Assembly: GCA_964371595.1 (NCBI GenBank)
Contig: CAYJNJ010000001.1
Location: 46,408-110,407, forward strand
From: an uncultured Bacteroidales bacterium
GTDB lineage: Bacteria; Bacteroidota; Bacteroidia; Bacteroidales; JAGOPY01
DNA length: 64,000 nt
Reading direction: 5' to 3'
Under the pieces are notes generated by a model. It made no database searches. It saw only the letters and a list, made by a program, of their open reading frames with translations, and was not told where the DNA came from. The position numbers and the translations under genes are program-made. Below, piece by piece: positions 1 to 11,200 of the stretch; positions within the stretch are counted from its first letter, which is position 1; each line of letters begins with the position of its first letter.

Positions 1-84
1 CCGGTATTGTTATTGTCGGCCTCTACAGCCCGATATATGAAATAATCAAGAGTTTGAGTTTCGGGATTTAATTTAGTTCAGATT

Positions 85-420
85 ATGTCATTGAGTAAAG
101 GAAAACATAATGTCGGCGAAGTGGACGGTGTCCGCTGTACGATTGTTGAAACCGGCATCAGCAAGGAAAGGGCAGATTTTCTCAAAGGACTGCTCCAGTT
201 CAACGGTTTTGAAGTCAGGATACAGGAAGAAGTGGCCGATCCGCCAGTTACCCCGAAAACATACACCCTTGGCGTTACAAACATCCTGTTTAACCCGGTA
301 ATAGCCGTTTATCAGAAGAGCCTTAAAACAAAAGAAGGCAGGAAAGTAACCCCGGCATACTGGAACCAGGCAGGAGATGAGGAAATGATACCGTACTGGC
401 TGGTCGGAAGGACAGATTAG
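85..420 (+). CDS. hypothetical protein (111 aa)
   Basis: It is the only long sense ORF in this interval, with an ATG start. The TAG stop at 418-420 abuts a heptamer array. I recognise no motif. Confidence 0.5.
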   Translation: MSLSKGKHNVGEVDGVRCTIVETGISKERADFLKGLLQFNGFEVRIQEEVADPPVTPKTYTLGVTNILFNPVIAVYQKSLKTKEGRKVTPAYWNQAGDEEMIPYWLVGRTD

Positions 421-468
421 CCACAAGCCACAAGCCGCAAGCCACAAGCCCTACGCCCTAAGCCGTCC
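420..468. repeat. 7-bp tandem array: GCCACAA GCCACAA GCCGCAA GCCACAA, decaying into GCCCTAC GCCCTAA GCCGTCC
   Basis: Read directly from the sequence. The array lies between two convergent genes and overlaps the last codons of the minus-strand flavoprotein gene. Confidence 0.85.
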
Positions 469-1677
469 AGTAATCCATCCCGTCGTCCAGGCTGCCTGGA
501 AATTAAATCCACCGGTGATAGCGTCGATATCCAGCACCTCTCCTGCAAAATAGAGATTTTTACAAACCCTGCTCTGCATCGTATTCATATCAATACTCTC
601 CAGGCTGACACCTCCGCAGGTCACGAATTCATCCTTAAACGTTGTCCTGCCGTTAACCGTGTAAATATCATTGCAAAGCACATTCACCAGCCTGTTTATC
701 CCTTTCTTCCCGATTTCTCCCCAGGCTTTATTCCCAGGTAGTTCGATTTTTTCAAGAAGAAATAACCAAAGCCTGGCAGGTAATGCAAATGGCCTGAAGT
801 TGCAAAGCAATTTATGCTGATGGTCACTTAAAATCTCATTTAATTGCCCTGAAACCAGTTCATTATTTATCTCATTCGCCCAGTTAACCTGGATTTTAAA
901 GTTGTAATTCATATCGCTCAAAATCCTGGCACCAAAGGAGGACAGTTTCAGGATTGCAGGTCCGCTCATGCCCCAATGGGTAATCAGTAAAGGGCCATCA
1001 GACTCGAGTTTGGTTCCCTGTATCTTTACCCTTGCATTCTCCACGGCGACTCCCATCAATCCTGTTACAGGGTCATCCGGCATATTGAATGAAAACAGCG
1101 AAGGCACCGGGTCCTCAATTTTATGCCCGAGCTTTTCCAGCCATGACAGGCCTGCTCTTTGTGGTGATCCGCCTGTAGTAACAATGATCTTATCGAATGT
1201 TTCAGGCCCAGGCATACCGTGGTTAAATCGGATTTCCAGCTTTTCATCCGCCGGCCTGATCGCTTTTACCTGCATACCGGTCTTTATCTCTATTCCAAGC
1301 CGGGAAGCTTCTGCAAGTAAGCAATCGATAATGCTCCGGGAATTGTTCGATGCGGGGAAGACGCGCAGGTCGTCCTGGACGATTAGCGGTACCCCCCGGG
1401 CTTCAAACCAGGCGATCGTATGCTTGTTATTGAAAACATGAAAGGCTTTTTTGAGGTTCCGGCCACCCCGTGGATAAGCGCTGCAGAGCTCAGAAATAGA
1501 ATTGCAACCGTTGGTAACGTTGCACCGCCCGCCACCGGATATTTTAACTTTAGCCAATACCTGGTCGGATTTTTCAAAGATCACAACCCTGGCAACTGGG
1601 TAATTCTCTTTTGCAGCAATGGCTGCAAAAAACCCGGCCGCTCCCCCACCGATGATTGCAATTTGCAAAGGAATCAC
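451..1677 (-). CDS. NAD(P)/FAD-dependent oxidoreductase, HI0933/BaiN-like flavoprotein
   Basis: The 408-aa product has an N-terminal dinucleotide-binding motif (IAIIGGGAAGFFAAIAA). Length and C-terminus (FAGEVLDIDAITGGFNFQAAWTTG) are typical of the HI0933 family. Confidence 0.85.
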   Translation of the reverse strand: MIPLQIAIIGGGAAGFFAAIAAKENYPVARVVIFEKSDQVLAKVKISGGGRCNVTNGCNSISELCSAYPRGGRNLKKAFHVFNNKHTIAWFEARGVPLIVQDDLRVFPASNNSRSIIDCLLAEASRLGIEIKTGMQVKAIRPADEKLEIRFNHGMPGPETFDKIIVTTGGSPQRAGLSWLEKLGHKIEDPVPSLFSFNMPDDPVTGLMGVAVENARVKIQGTKLESDGPLLITHWGMSGPAILKLSSFGARILSDMNYNFKIQVNWANEINNELVSGQLNEILSDHQHKLLCNFRPFALPARLWLFLLEKIELPGNKAWGEIGKKGINRLVNVLCNDIYTVNGRTTFKDEFVTCGGVSLESIDMNTMQSRVCKNLYFAGEVLDIDAITGGFNFQAAWTTGWITGRLRA

Positions 1678-2699
1678 TCAACAATAGTGCACCATCCGTG
1701 CGTATCCGGTTCCTCGCCATATTGAATGGCCCTGAGCTTATTGTAAAGTTTGGTGGACAACGGGCCGGCATTGCCGTCAGAGCAATAATTGTAAATAGTA
1801 CCGGTTTCCCTGTCGTGGATCTTTTTTATCGGGGAAATAATGGCTGCGGTACCGCAAGCGCCGACTTCATCAAATTCTGCCAGCTCTTCCACTGCCACTT
1901 TCCTTACTTCGACATTCATCCCCATTTCCTTTGCGAGGATCTGCAGGCATTTATTGGTGATGGAAGGAAGAATAGTATGAGATGCCGGCGTGATATAGGT
2001 ATTTCCTTTTATACCAAAAAAGTTTGCCGGGCCGGCCTCATCGATGTATTTCTTTTCTTTGGCATCGAGGAATAATACGGTCGAACAACCTTCCTCTTTT
2101 GCCCTGTTAGCCGGGAAAAGGCTGGCTGCGTAATTCCCGCCGACTTTAATATGGCCTGTGCCCAGCGGGGCAGCGCGGTCAAAGTCGCGCAGCAACTGCA
2201 CGCAAACAGGCTTGAAACCTTCTTTAAAGTAAGGTCCTACCGGGCCGACAAATACCATGAACATGTATTCTGTTGCCGGCTTCACCCCTACCTGCGGACC
2301 TGTCCCGATCAGCAAGGGCCTGAAATAGAGTGCTGCACCTGTTCCGTAAGGGGGAATATATTTTTCATTGAGCCTCAACGCGGTCATAATCGACTTTTCA
2401 AACAATTCGTCCGGAACCGGGGCCATCATCACTCCGTCGGCGGAGGTACGCATCCGCTTTGCATTGTCCTGCCAGCGGAATACCCTGATTTTCCCATCCT
2501 TGCCGCGGAAAGCCTTCATCCCTTCAAATGCCTCCTGGCCATAATGCAGGCAGGTCGCTGCAATATGAATACTAACATATTCTGAAGAAGAAATTTCAAT
2601 TTCTCCCCATTTTCCATCCCTGAAATAACACCTTACATTATAATCGGTCTTAAAGTACCCGAATGGCAGATTTCCCCAGTCAATTGTTTCCATGCTCAA
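1674..2699 (-). CDS. ilvE: branched-chain amino acid aminotransferase (class IV)
   Basis: The 341-aa product carries the FEGMKAFR and GGNYAASL motifs typical of IlvE. It overlaps the downstream gene by 4 nt. Confidence 0.9.
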   Translation of the reverse strand: MSMETIDWGNLPFGYFKTDYNVRCYFRDGKWGEIEISSSEYVSIHIAATCLHYGQEAFEGMKAFRGKDGKIRVFRWQDNAKRMRTSADGVMMAPVPDELFEKSIMTALRLNEKYIPPYGTGAALYFRPLLIGTGPQVGVKPATEYMFMVFVGPVGPYFKEGFKPVCVQLLRDFDRAAPLGTGHIKVGGNYAASLFPANRAKEEGCSTVLFLDAKEKKYIDEAGPANFFGIKGNTYITPASHTILPSITNKCLQILAKEMGMNVEVRKVAVEELAEFDEVGACGTAAIISPIKKIHDRETGTIYNYCSDGNAGPLSTKLYNKLRAIQYGEEPDTHGWCTIVE

Positions 2700-2928
2700 T
2701 ATATTTTTTAGTCAAAATCAGTTTGGTCATTTACGAGGCTAAATTAGGAATTTTTGGGGAAACCAAAGGATTCATGAAGCAAAATTCAATATTAATTAAA
2801 AGGCTACCTCCCTAATACCCGAACTGACGGATTTACCCGTCGGAAGCATTTTGTTGGCACGCCAAAATGTCAGCCCTGGTTTTCGGTATATACTTTGATC
2901 AATCATCCCGTCTAAAAAATTCCAAACT

Positions 2929-4833
2929 ATGCAAACCGGTAAGATAAACGTTCAAACGGAAAACATTTTTCCCATCATTAAAAAATTCCTTTATTCAGAT
3001 CATGAAATATTCCTCCGCGAACTGGTTTCCAATGCTGTAGATGCTACACAGAAACTGAAGACCCTTGCGTCCGTCGGCACTTTCAAAGATGAACTCGGGG
3101 ACCTGACCATTAAAGTGGTGCTCGATAAAAAAGCCGGGACTATCACAGTTAAAGACCGTGGTATAGGCATGTCGGCCGAGGAGGTGGATAAATATATTAA
3201 CCAGATCGCTTTTTCGAGCGCTGAAGAATTCGTCAAGAAATTTAAAACCAAGAGCGAAGCCGAGCGGAACGCCATTATCGGCCATTTCGGACTGGGATTT
3301 TATTCCTCATTCATGGTTTCGGATAAAGTCGAGATCTACACCAAAACCTATAAAAAAGGCGGGCAGTCGAAAGGAGTAAAATGGGAATGCGACGGCAGCC
3401 CTGATTATACCCTTTCAGAGACCGACAGGAAAGAACGCGGGACCGATATTATAGTTTATATCGACAAGGAAAACAAAGACTTCCTCGAGGAAAGCAAAAT
3501 CCTTGAAATCCTCAGGAAATATTCACGCTTCCTGCCGGTCCCCATAGAATTCGGAACAGAAAAAACCTGGGAGAAAGTTGAAGGTGAGAAGGATGAGCAC
3601 GGTCATGACAAGGAAGTATCTGTTGAAAAGCCGCGAATTATCAATAATACCGATCCGCTATGGAAGAAAAAGCCGACGGATTGCACGGATGAGGATTATA
3701 AAAATTTCTACCGTGAACTTTACCCGATGAATTTCGATGAACCCCTTTTCCAGATCCACCTGAATGTCGATTACCCTTTCAATCTTACCGGTATCCTTTA
3801 TTTTCCAAAGGTGAAAAGGAATGTCGAGATACAGAAAGACAAGATCCAGCTTTACTGCAACCAGGTATTTGTGACCGATTCCGTAGAAGGTATCGTACCC
3901 GAATTCCTTACTTTACTTCACGGGGTCATTGATTCACCGGATATTCCGCTGAATGTCTCCCGTTCATACCTGCAAAGCGATTCCAACGTGAAAAAGATCT
4001 CCGGCTATATCATGAAGAAAGTGTCGGAAAAGCTGGAAGACCTTTTCAAAAAAGACCGTCCCGGATTTGAAGCGAAGTGGGATGACATCAAAGTCTTTAT
4101 CGAATACGGTATGATCAGCGAAGAAAAATTTTATGAGAAGGCTGTGAAATTTACCCTGCTAAAGAATGTTGAAGGAAAATATTTCACCCTCGATGAATAT
4201 AAATCACATGTTGAAGCGACGAATAAAGACAAGAATAATAAGACCATCTACCTTTATGCTTCAAATAAAGATGAGCAGCACAGCTTTATCCAGGCTGCGA
4301 CTGAAAAGGGCTACGATGTCCTCATGATGGACGGGATCCTGGACAATCACTTCATCAACACCCTTGAGCATAAACTTACCGACGTAATGTTCCGCAGGGT
4401 AGATTCCGATACGATCGACAAACTCATCAATAAAGAGGAAAACACGGTCTCAAAACTGGATGAAACACAAAAGGAATCATTGAAGGGTATCATCGAAAGA
4501 AATATCGAAAAAGAAAAATTCACCGTTATATTTGAAAACCTGAGTGAGACGGAAGTTCCCTTCCTTGTTCTTCAGCCTGAATTCATGAGGAGGATGAAGG
4601 ATATGTCGGCGATGGGAGGCGGATACATGGGGATGGGTGCGATGCCGGAATTCTACAACCTGGTGGTGAATGCAAACCATCCGCTCATGCAGACCGTTCT
4701 GGAACAAGGTGAAGAAGCCGGCCAGGATAAACTGGTCCGCCAGTTATACGACCTGGCCCTGATATCCCAGAACCTTCTCAAAGGAGAGAAATTAACCGAC
4801 TTTGTAAAACGAAGCATTGAATTGATAAAGTAA
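2929..4833 (+). CDS. htpG: molecular chaperone HtpG (Hsp90 family)
   Basis: The 634-aa product has the GHKL ATPase N-terminus (FLRELVSNAVDA, GIGMS, GHFGLGFYS) and HtpG middle and C-terminal domains. Confidence 0.95.
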   Translation: MQTGKINVQTENIFPIIKKFLYSDHEIFLRELVSNAVDATQKLKTLASVGTFKDELGDLTIKVVLDKKAGTITVKDRGIGMSAEEVDKYINQIAFSSAEEFVKKFKTKSEAERNAIIGHFGLGFYSSFMVSDKVEIYTKTYKKGGQSKGVKWECDGSPDYTLSETDRKERGTDIIVYIDKENKDFLEESKILEILRKYSRFLPVPIEFGTEKTWEKVEGEKDEHGHDKEVSVEKPRIINNTDPLWKKKPTDCTDEDYKNFYRELYPMNFDEPLFQIHLNVDYPFNLTGILYFPKVKRNVEIQKDKIQLYCNQVFVTDSVEGIVPEFLTLLHGVIDSPDIPLNVSRSYLQSDSNVKKISGYIMKKVSEKLEDLFKKDRPGFEAKWDDIKVFIEYGMISEEKFYEKAVKFTLLKNVEGKYFTLDEYKSHVEATNKDKNNKTIYLYASNKDEQHSFIQAATEKGYDVLMMDGILDNHFINTLEHKLTDVMFRRVDSDTIDKLINKEENTVSKLDETQKESLKGIIERNIEKEKFTVIFENLSETEVPFLVLQPEFMRRMKDMSAMGGGYMGMGAMPEFYNLVVNANHPLMQTVLEQGEEAGQDKLVRQLYDLALISQNLLKGEKLTDFVKRSIELIK

Positions 4834-4879
4834 CGTAATAATCGTAATTTCGCATATTCACAAACAAAAAACGCAAATC

Positions 4880-5482
4880 ATGAAAAAGTCATTTTTGGTT
4901 TTAATCGGAGTTTTTGTATTCCTGGGGCTCATCGTTCTGATCGGCATCCTGACTTCAGTCAGGACTTACAATAAGATGGTCCAGTACGATGAAGCGGTAA
5001 CTTCATCCTGGTCGCAGGTGGAAAATGTTTACCAGCGCCGTGCCGACCTTATACCCAACCTGGTAAATACGGTTAAAGGATACGCTGATTTCGAGCAGGA
5101 AACGCTTACCCAGGTCATTGAAGCCCGTGCTAAAGCCACTTCCGTCAATATATCCGCCGAAAATCTCAACGACCAAACCCTTGCAAATTTCCAGCAGGCG
5201 CAGGACGGCCTTAGTTCGGCTCTGGCCAGGCTAATGGTAGTGGTGGAAAAGTATCCCGACCTTAAAGCCAACCAGAACTTCCTTGAACTGCAGTCGCAGC
5301 TTGAAGGGACTGAAAACAGGATTGCCAATGAGAGGATGAAATTCAATGATGCAACAAGGGCATACAATGTTTATATCCGGAAGTTCCCGGCAACAATTTT
5401 TGCAGGTATCTATGGTTTCGACCAGAAACCGTATTTCAAAGCGGCTGAAGGCGCCGACAAAGCCCCTGAAGTGAAATTCTGA
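4880..5482 (+). CDS. lemA: LemA family protein
   Basis: The 200-aa product has an N-terminal TM helix followed by the LemA signature (YNKMV..DE.V...WSQVEN.YQRRADLIPNLV). Confidence 0.9.
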   Translation: MKKSFLVLIGVFVFLGLIVLIGILTSVRTYNKMVQYDEAVTSSWSQVENVYQRRADLIPNLVNTVKGYADFEQETLTQVIEARAKATSVNISAENLNDQTLANFQQAQDGLSSALARLMVVVEKYPDLKANQNFLELQSQLEGTENRIANERMKFNDATRAYNVYIRKFPATIFAGIYGFDQKPYFKAAEGADKAPEVKF

Positions 5483-5512
5483 CAGACAAGCCATCTTTTA
5501 TAACAAAACAGC

Positions 5513-5956
5513 ATGTTCAAATCAGCAAAAGATTTCTTTTCCAAAGAGCAGCGTGAAGATATCCGGCAGGCGATTCTCAACGCCGAGCTGGATACTTCAG
5601 GCGAGATCAGGGTCCATATCGAATCAACCTGCAAGGGCGATGTCCTCGACCGGGCAGCTTTTATATTCGATAAGATGGGGATGCAAAAAACAGAAAAGCG
5701 GAACGGCGTCCTGTTTTATTTAGCTGTAAATAACAGGAGATTTGCCGTCATCGGCGATACAGCAATAAATGCAGTCGTCCCGGAAGATTTCTGGGATGAA
5801 CTGAAAAACATTCTGCTGAACCATTTCCGTGACGAAAAGTTTACTGATGGCCTGGTAGAAGGGATCACCAGGGTAGGCACATATCTCAAAAAACATTTCC
5901 CTTATGAAAAGGGAGATGTAAATGAATTATCCGACGAAATCAGTTTCGGGGAATAA
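5513..5956 (+). CDS. TPM domain-containing protein (TLP18.3/Psb32/MOLO-1-like phosphatase fold)
   Basis: 147 aa. The pattern GEIRVHIES...NGVLFYLAVNNRRFAVIGD and the position after lemA are typical of this family. Confidence 0.75.
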   Translation: MFKSAKDFFSKEQREDIRQAILNAELDTSGEIRVHIESTCKGDVLDRAAFIFDKMGMQKTEKRNGVLFYLAVNNRRFAVIGDTAINAVVPEDFWDELKNILLNHFRDEKFTDGLVEGITRVGTYLKKHFPYEKGDVNELSDEISFGE

Positions 5957-5967
5957 AGTCCACACCA

Positions 5968-6774
5968 ATGAAACCACTCAAAAACCTCCTTTTTACCGTA
6001 TTCATCCTCGCCGGCATTTCGGCGATCGGACAGGAAATCCCCGAGCCGATGTCGCCTCCGCGGCTTGTCAATGATTTTGCCGGAATTCTGACGCCAAACC
6101 AGCGCCAGCACCTTGAGCGAAAGCTGGTCAGCTTTAATGACAGTACTTCGACGCAGATCATGGTCATTCTTGTCAAATCATTGAATGGCCTGACTCCAGA
6201 AGAATTTGCAGACAGGATTGGCGAAAAGTGGGGCGTTGGCACTAAAGGCAAAAATAACGGGGTAGTTGTGCTGGTAAAGCCCAAATATAGCAATGAGAAG
6301 GGAGAAGCGAGGATCTCGACCGGTTACGGTGTGGAAGGTGCTATCACGGATGCCCTCAGTAAACGGATCATCGAAGTTGAGATGAAGCCTTATTTTATAC
6401 AAGGTGATTATTTCACCGGCCTCGACAAGGCGACCAATACGCTGATGGAACTGACAAAAGGGGAATACACTGCCGACCAATATCTTAAAGGAACTAAAGG
6501 AAACAAATGGGGGATTTTCATCCCTCTCATTATCATCATCATTATTATTCTTTTCATGAGAAACAATTCCGGTAACCATTATACGACCGGCAGCAAAGGC
6601 ACCTCCTTATGGACCGCGCTATGGCTGGCCTCGATGATGGGTAGCCGCGGCGGAAGCGGCTCCTGGGGCGATTTCCGGTCCGGCGGCGGAAGCTTCGGAG
6701 GTGGTGGCGGAGGCGGTTTTGGCGGCTTCGGCGGCGGATCTTTTGGTGGCGGTGGGGCAGGCGGAAGCTGGTAG
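5968..6774 (+). CDS. TPM domain-containing membrane protein (YgcG-like) with a glycine-rich C-terminus
   Basis: The product has a signal peptide, a TPM domain (FAGILTP..Q...LE.KL..F...TSTQI.V), a TM helix and a GGGSFGGGGGGGFGGFGGG tail. LemA-TPM-TPM is a common trio. Confidence 0.8.
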   Translation: MKPLKNLLFTVFILAGISAIGQEIPEPMSPPRLVNDFAGILTPNQRQHLERKLVSFNDSTSTQIMVILVKSLNGLTPEEFADRIGEKWGVGTKGKNNGVVVLVKPKYSNEKGEARISTGYGVEGAITDALSKRIIEVEMKPYFIQGDYFTGLDKATNTLMELTKGEYTADQYLKGTKGNKWGIFIPLIIIIIIILFMRNNSGNHYTTGSKGTSLWTALWLASMMGSRGGSGSWGDFRSGGGSFGGGGGGGFGGFGGGSFGGGGAGGSW

Positions 6775-6780
6775 AAGCTT

Positions 6781-6811
6781 AGTGTTAAGTGTTGGGTGTT
6801 GAGTGTTAAGT
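6781..6811. repeat. 7-bp tandem array: AGTGTTA AGTGTTG GGTGTTG AGTGTTA AGT
   Basis: Read directly. It starts 7 nt after the TAG stop of the YgcG-like gene. Confidence 0.8.
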
Positions 6812-6837
6812 TCGGGAATTTTTATGCTTATTAATAG

Positions 6838-6873
6838 CTGACGGGTCTTTTAGATTCCGTCAGTTTTATTTTT
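6838..6873 (+). terminator. rho-independent terminator candidate
   Basis: The stem CTGACGG (6838-6844) pairs with CCGTCAG (6857-6863) around a 12-nt loop. It is followed by TTTTATTTTT. Confidence 0.6.
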
Positions 6874-7057
6874 GACCTGACAGCGTCAAAAAGACAAAAT
6901 CAGAAAAAAAATTGTCCCTTTGTCAGGAGACAATTTATTTCTATTTTTATCCACCGATTAACATGACGGCTTTTTACATTTATCTAATTTACCAGCTTTT
7001 TGTAAATCAGTTTGTTATTGTTAATTTCTAGACCAGGATTTACTAAATAGTATATAT

Positions 7058-8239
7058 ATGCATAGATATTTACGCCGGACCATGAGTAAAATTCTGCCCG
7101 GGTTACTGCTCATGGCCATGCTATTTACAGATGGCATCTTTGCGGAAAGGACATTTTCCCAGGCCCCTGACGGTGCCCAGCTTTTTCAACCCTGTTCAGC
7201 CTGCCATAAGATCGGAGGAGGAAAACTGATCGGCCCCGACCTTAAAGGGGTCACAGAGCGGCGCGACAGGGAATGGCTGATCCGTTTCATCAAAAATTCG
7301 CAGGAGATGGTCCAGGCCGGCGATCCTATCGCAGTCAAACTATTCGAGGAACATAACAAGATCCCGATGCCGCCGGCCAACCTGACCGATGAGCAAATCA
7401 ATACCGTCCTGGAATATATTGAAAAGTATGATCCCAACCAGGCTGCAGCAGCCACTACTACACCGGAAGTTGCTGCCGGCGAGGAAAAACCTGGTGTGCA
7501 GGGTTTCTTCGAGGATACAAAAGATCATAAGCGCCAGTACGGGACATCTTTCATTATCACCCTGATCCTTTTACTGGTTGCCTGCCTCGATCTGTTCGTC
7601 ACAAAACTGATCAAGGCACGTTTCGTTCACGTTATCGTGATCCTGATCTCGGTGTTCATCATTTCAGAAATTACTTACGTGGAAGCCAAGAACCTGGGCC
7701 GCCAGCCCGGTTACGCCCCCGACCAACCCATCCTTTTTTCACATAAGGTGCATGCCGGCGATAATAAAATCGATTGTAAATACTGCCATACTTCCGTTAT
7801 GCAAAGTAAGCATGCCGGAATACCGTCGGTAAATGTGTGTATGAACTGCCATAATGTGGTAAGGCAGGGAAGGAACAGCGGCACGGTTGAGATAGATAAG
7901 ATCTATAAAGCCATTGAAACCGGCAAACCTATCGAATGGGTCAAAGTGCATAACCTGCCTGACCATACCTATTTTAACCATGCCCAGCATGTGAATGCCG
8001 GCAAGGTGGCCTGCGAGTCATGCCACGGCGATGTTAAAACCATGGACCGCGTCATGCAGGTTCAGATGCTTAGCATGGGCTGGTGTATCGATTGTCACCG
8101 GAAGACTGAAGTTCAGTTTACGGAAAATGCCTATTACCAGAAATTTACAAGACTGCATGAAGAGCTCAAATCCGGGAAGCGCACCCGCATCAGTGTCGAA
8201 GATGTCGGCGGGACAGAATGCTCGAAATGCCATTATTAA
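7058..8239 (+). CDS. actA: alternative complex III subunit ActA: multihaem cytochrome c with an extra N-terminal class-I cytochrome c domain
   Basis: The product has six CXXCH motifs. CSACH lies in the N-terminal soluble domain; CKYCH, CMNCH, CESCH, CIDCH and CSKCH lie in the C-terminal pentahaem part. Two predicted TM helices lie between them. It is the first gene of the actABCDEF order. Confidence 0.85.
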   Translation: MHRYLRRTMSKILPGLLLMAMLFTDGIFAERTFSQAPDGAQLFQPCSACHKIGGGKLIGPDLKGVTERRDREWLIRFIKNSQEMVQAGDPIAVKLFEEHNKIPMPPANLTDEQINTVLEYIEKYDPNQAAAATTTPEVAAGEEKPGVQGFFEDTKDHKRQYGTSFIITLILLLVACLDLFVTKLIKARFVHVIVILISVFIISEITYVEAKNLGRQPGYAPDQPILFSHKVHAGDNKIDCKYCHTSVMQSKHAGIPSVNVCMNCHNVVRQGRNSGTVEIDKIYKAIETGKPIEWVKVHNLPDHTYFNHAQHVNAGKVACESCHGDVKTMDRVMQVQMLSMGWCIDCHRKTEVQFTENAYYQKFTRLHEELKSGKRTRISVEDVGGTECSKCHY

Positions 8240-8264
8240 TATTTTCCCTAAGAATCAGTAAACC

Positions 8265-11200
8265 ATGGATGATATAAAACAATACTGGAGAAGCCTGGAA
8301 GAACACAAAATCATGGCATCGCGGGAACCTGCCGGGAAAAAAGCCATTCCTCTCGGGCATTCTCACAGCGAAGAAATTTCGGCTGATGATAAATCTTTAA
8401 GCCCCAGCCGCAGGGATTTCCTGAAAATGCTCGGTTTTACGGTAGGTTATGCAGCGCTGGCCAACAGTTGCGAAATGCCTGTCAGGAAGGCAATCCCTTA
8501 CCTCAGCCAGCCTGAAGAGATCACACCCGGCATCGCCAATTATTATGCTTCGACATTCTTCGACGGCCACGATTACTGCAGCATCGTGGTCAAAACCAGA
8601 GAAGGAAGGCCGATCAAGATCGAGGGCAACACGCTCTCGAAACTGACCATGGGCGGAACAAATGCCCGGGTGCAGGCTTCTGTGCTTAGCCTTTACGACC
8701 AGGCCAGGCTGAAAGTACCTTTGAAAGAAGGACAGGTCATCAGTTGGCAAAGCATCGACCAGGAAATTACGGACAAACTGAAATCTTTCGGAAGCGGCAG
8801 GATAGTTATCCTGAGCCCCACTGTCATCAGTCCTTCTACCCGTAAAGCAATAGAGGAATTTAAAGTTACCTATCCTTCTGCAGAATGGGTGGTTTATGAC
8901 ACGATTTCTGCGGCTGCGCTCCTTGATGCCAATGAAGCCAATTTCGGGACCAGGTCCCTTCCTTCCTATCATTTTGATAAAGCCTCGCTGATCGTAGGTT
9001 TTAATGCCGATTTCCTGGGCAACTGGCTCATGCCGGTGAAATACGCCAGGGATTACGCCAAAGGAAGAAAACTGATGGGCGCCAATTCTATGTCGAGGCA
9101 CATCCAGTTTGAGTCTTACATGTCACTGACCGGTTCGAACGCCGATACCAGGGTGCCGATGAAACCTTCGGAAGAGCTCGGGATCTTGCTGAACCTTTTC
9201 AATGAGCTGGCCTCCGAAAAAGGCCTGTCAAGAGTTAATGCCCCTGCTTCCCCGGTTGACGTTAAACCGGTTGCAGCCGAATTAAGGGCGAACAAAGGCA
9301 AATCGCTGGTATTATCAGGCACCAACGACTTTTATATCCAGGCGACAGTAAACGCGATCAATCATATCCTCGACAGCTATGGCTCTACGATAGATTTAAA
9401 CGAACACACTAATCTCCGCCAGGGAAGCGACCGTGAAATGAGCCGCATTGTGGATGAAATGAATGCGGGAAATGTCAAAGCCATTCTGCTTTATGGAGTT
9501 AACCCGGCTTACGATTATGCTGAATCAGATAAATTTATAAGCGGACTCACCAAATGCGAATTAAGCGTATCATTTTCTGAAACTCACGATGAAACAGCAA
9601 AGCTCTGCAAGTATGTTTGTCCTGATAATCATTACCTGGAATCGTGGAATGATGCCGAGCCGGTGAAGAATTGCTATAGTCTTGCGCAGCCGGTCATTAA
9701 CAGGATCTTCGACACCAGGCAGGCCCAGGAAAGCCTGTTGAAATGGGCAGGAAAAGAAACCGCTTTCTATGATTACATCCGGGCTTACTGGGAAACTGAA
9801 CTTTTCCCGAAACAAAACGAATTTCTTACGTTTGAACCATTCTGGAATAAAAGCCTGCACGATGGAGTCGCCATCATTGTCGATTCTGCATTGTCGGTTG
9901 TCGATTTTCGTGAGGTTGATCTGGGGCAGGCGAAGGCGGAAAATCCTGCCGGCCTTGAGTTAGTGCTTTATGAAAAGATAGGACTTGGAACCGGAAAGCA
10001 TGCCAACAACCCGTGGCTGCAGGAATTACCGGATCCCATAACCAAGGCAGTGTGGGATAATTACGTATGTGTTGCGCCATCCTATGCTAAAGAGCATGGC
10101 CTGGCGAATGAAGATGTTGTCATAATAAACGGGACCATTGAATTACCGGTACTTGTCCAGCCCGGCCAGCATAAAGATACAATCGGAATAGCGGTAGGTT
10201 ACGGCCGCAGCAGCGCAGGCAAAGTGGCCGACGGGATCGGTGAAAACCTTTTCCCGCTGGCAAATACGGTGAACGGCTACCGCCGGCTTTCCGGAAAAGT
10301 GGTGACCATTGAAAAGACTGGCGGTAAGACCTATCCTCTTGCCACCACTCAGACGCATCACACCATGGAAGGGCGTGCCATCATCAGGGAAACCACTCTG
10401 GCACAATGGCTTAAGGATCCGAAGTCAGGCAATGAAATGCATGATGACATCATGAAGCAGAACGAAACATTGTATACCAAGCCTGAGTATGACAGCTACC
10501 ACTGGAGCATGGCCATAAACCTGAATTCCTGCATCGGATGCGGAAACTGCGCCATTGCCTGCCAGGCTGAGAACAATGTTGCCGTGATAGGCAAGCAGGA
10601 AGTCAAGAACCGGAGGATCATGCACTGGATCAGGATCGACAGGTATTATTCCCAGGAGGTCGACAATCCGGAGGTAACGCATATGCCGGTTATGTGCCAG
10701 CACTGCGATAATGCGCCCTGCGAGAATGTATGCCCGGTTGCTGCGACCCCGCACAGCTCGGAAGGATTGAACCAGATGGCATATAACCGCTGCATCGGGA
10801 CCAGGTATTGCATGAACAACTGCCCGTACCGGGTCAGGAGGTTCAACTGGTTTGAATATTCCAATGAAAAGAGGTTCAACTATAATATGGGCAACGAGCA
10901 GGAAAAGATGGTACTGAATCCCGATGTTACAGTTCGTACCCGAGGTGTTGTCGAGAAATGCTCGATGTGCGTCCAGCGAATCCAGGAGCAGAAGCTGATT
11001 GCCAAGACTGAGAACCGCACTGTCCGCGAAGGCGATATCAAGACGGCCTGCCAGCAATCGTGCCCCGGAGATGCTATCGTTTTCGGCGACATCAACGATC
11101 CCAACAGTGAAATCGCAAAAGTTGTGCAGGACCCAAGGAGCTACCAGTTACTGGAACAACTCCACACACTGCCTTCGGTAAGTTATGTTACCAAAGTGCG

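Noticed and set aside
1-45. Possible 3' end of an upstream + strand gene (..PVLLLSASTARYMK, then a stop)
   Set aside because: Only 14 codons are visible, too few to tell a real coding end from chance.
8397-11057. Long antisense ORFs inside actB (8397..9101 and 10425..11057, minus strand), and similar shadow ORFs inside ccsBA, ccoNO, cydA, the acyl-CoA synthetase gene and others
   Set aside because: They lie opposite genes whose products have unmistakable family motifs. They show no recognisable motifs themselves. Such shadow ORFs are common opposite long genes in sequence of this base composition.
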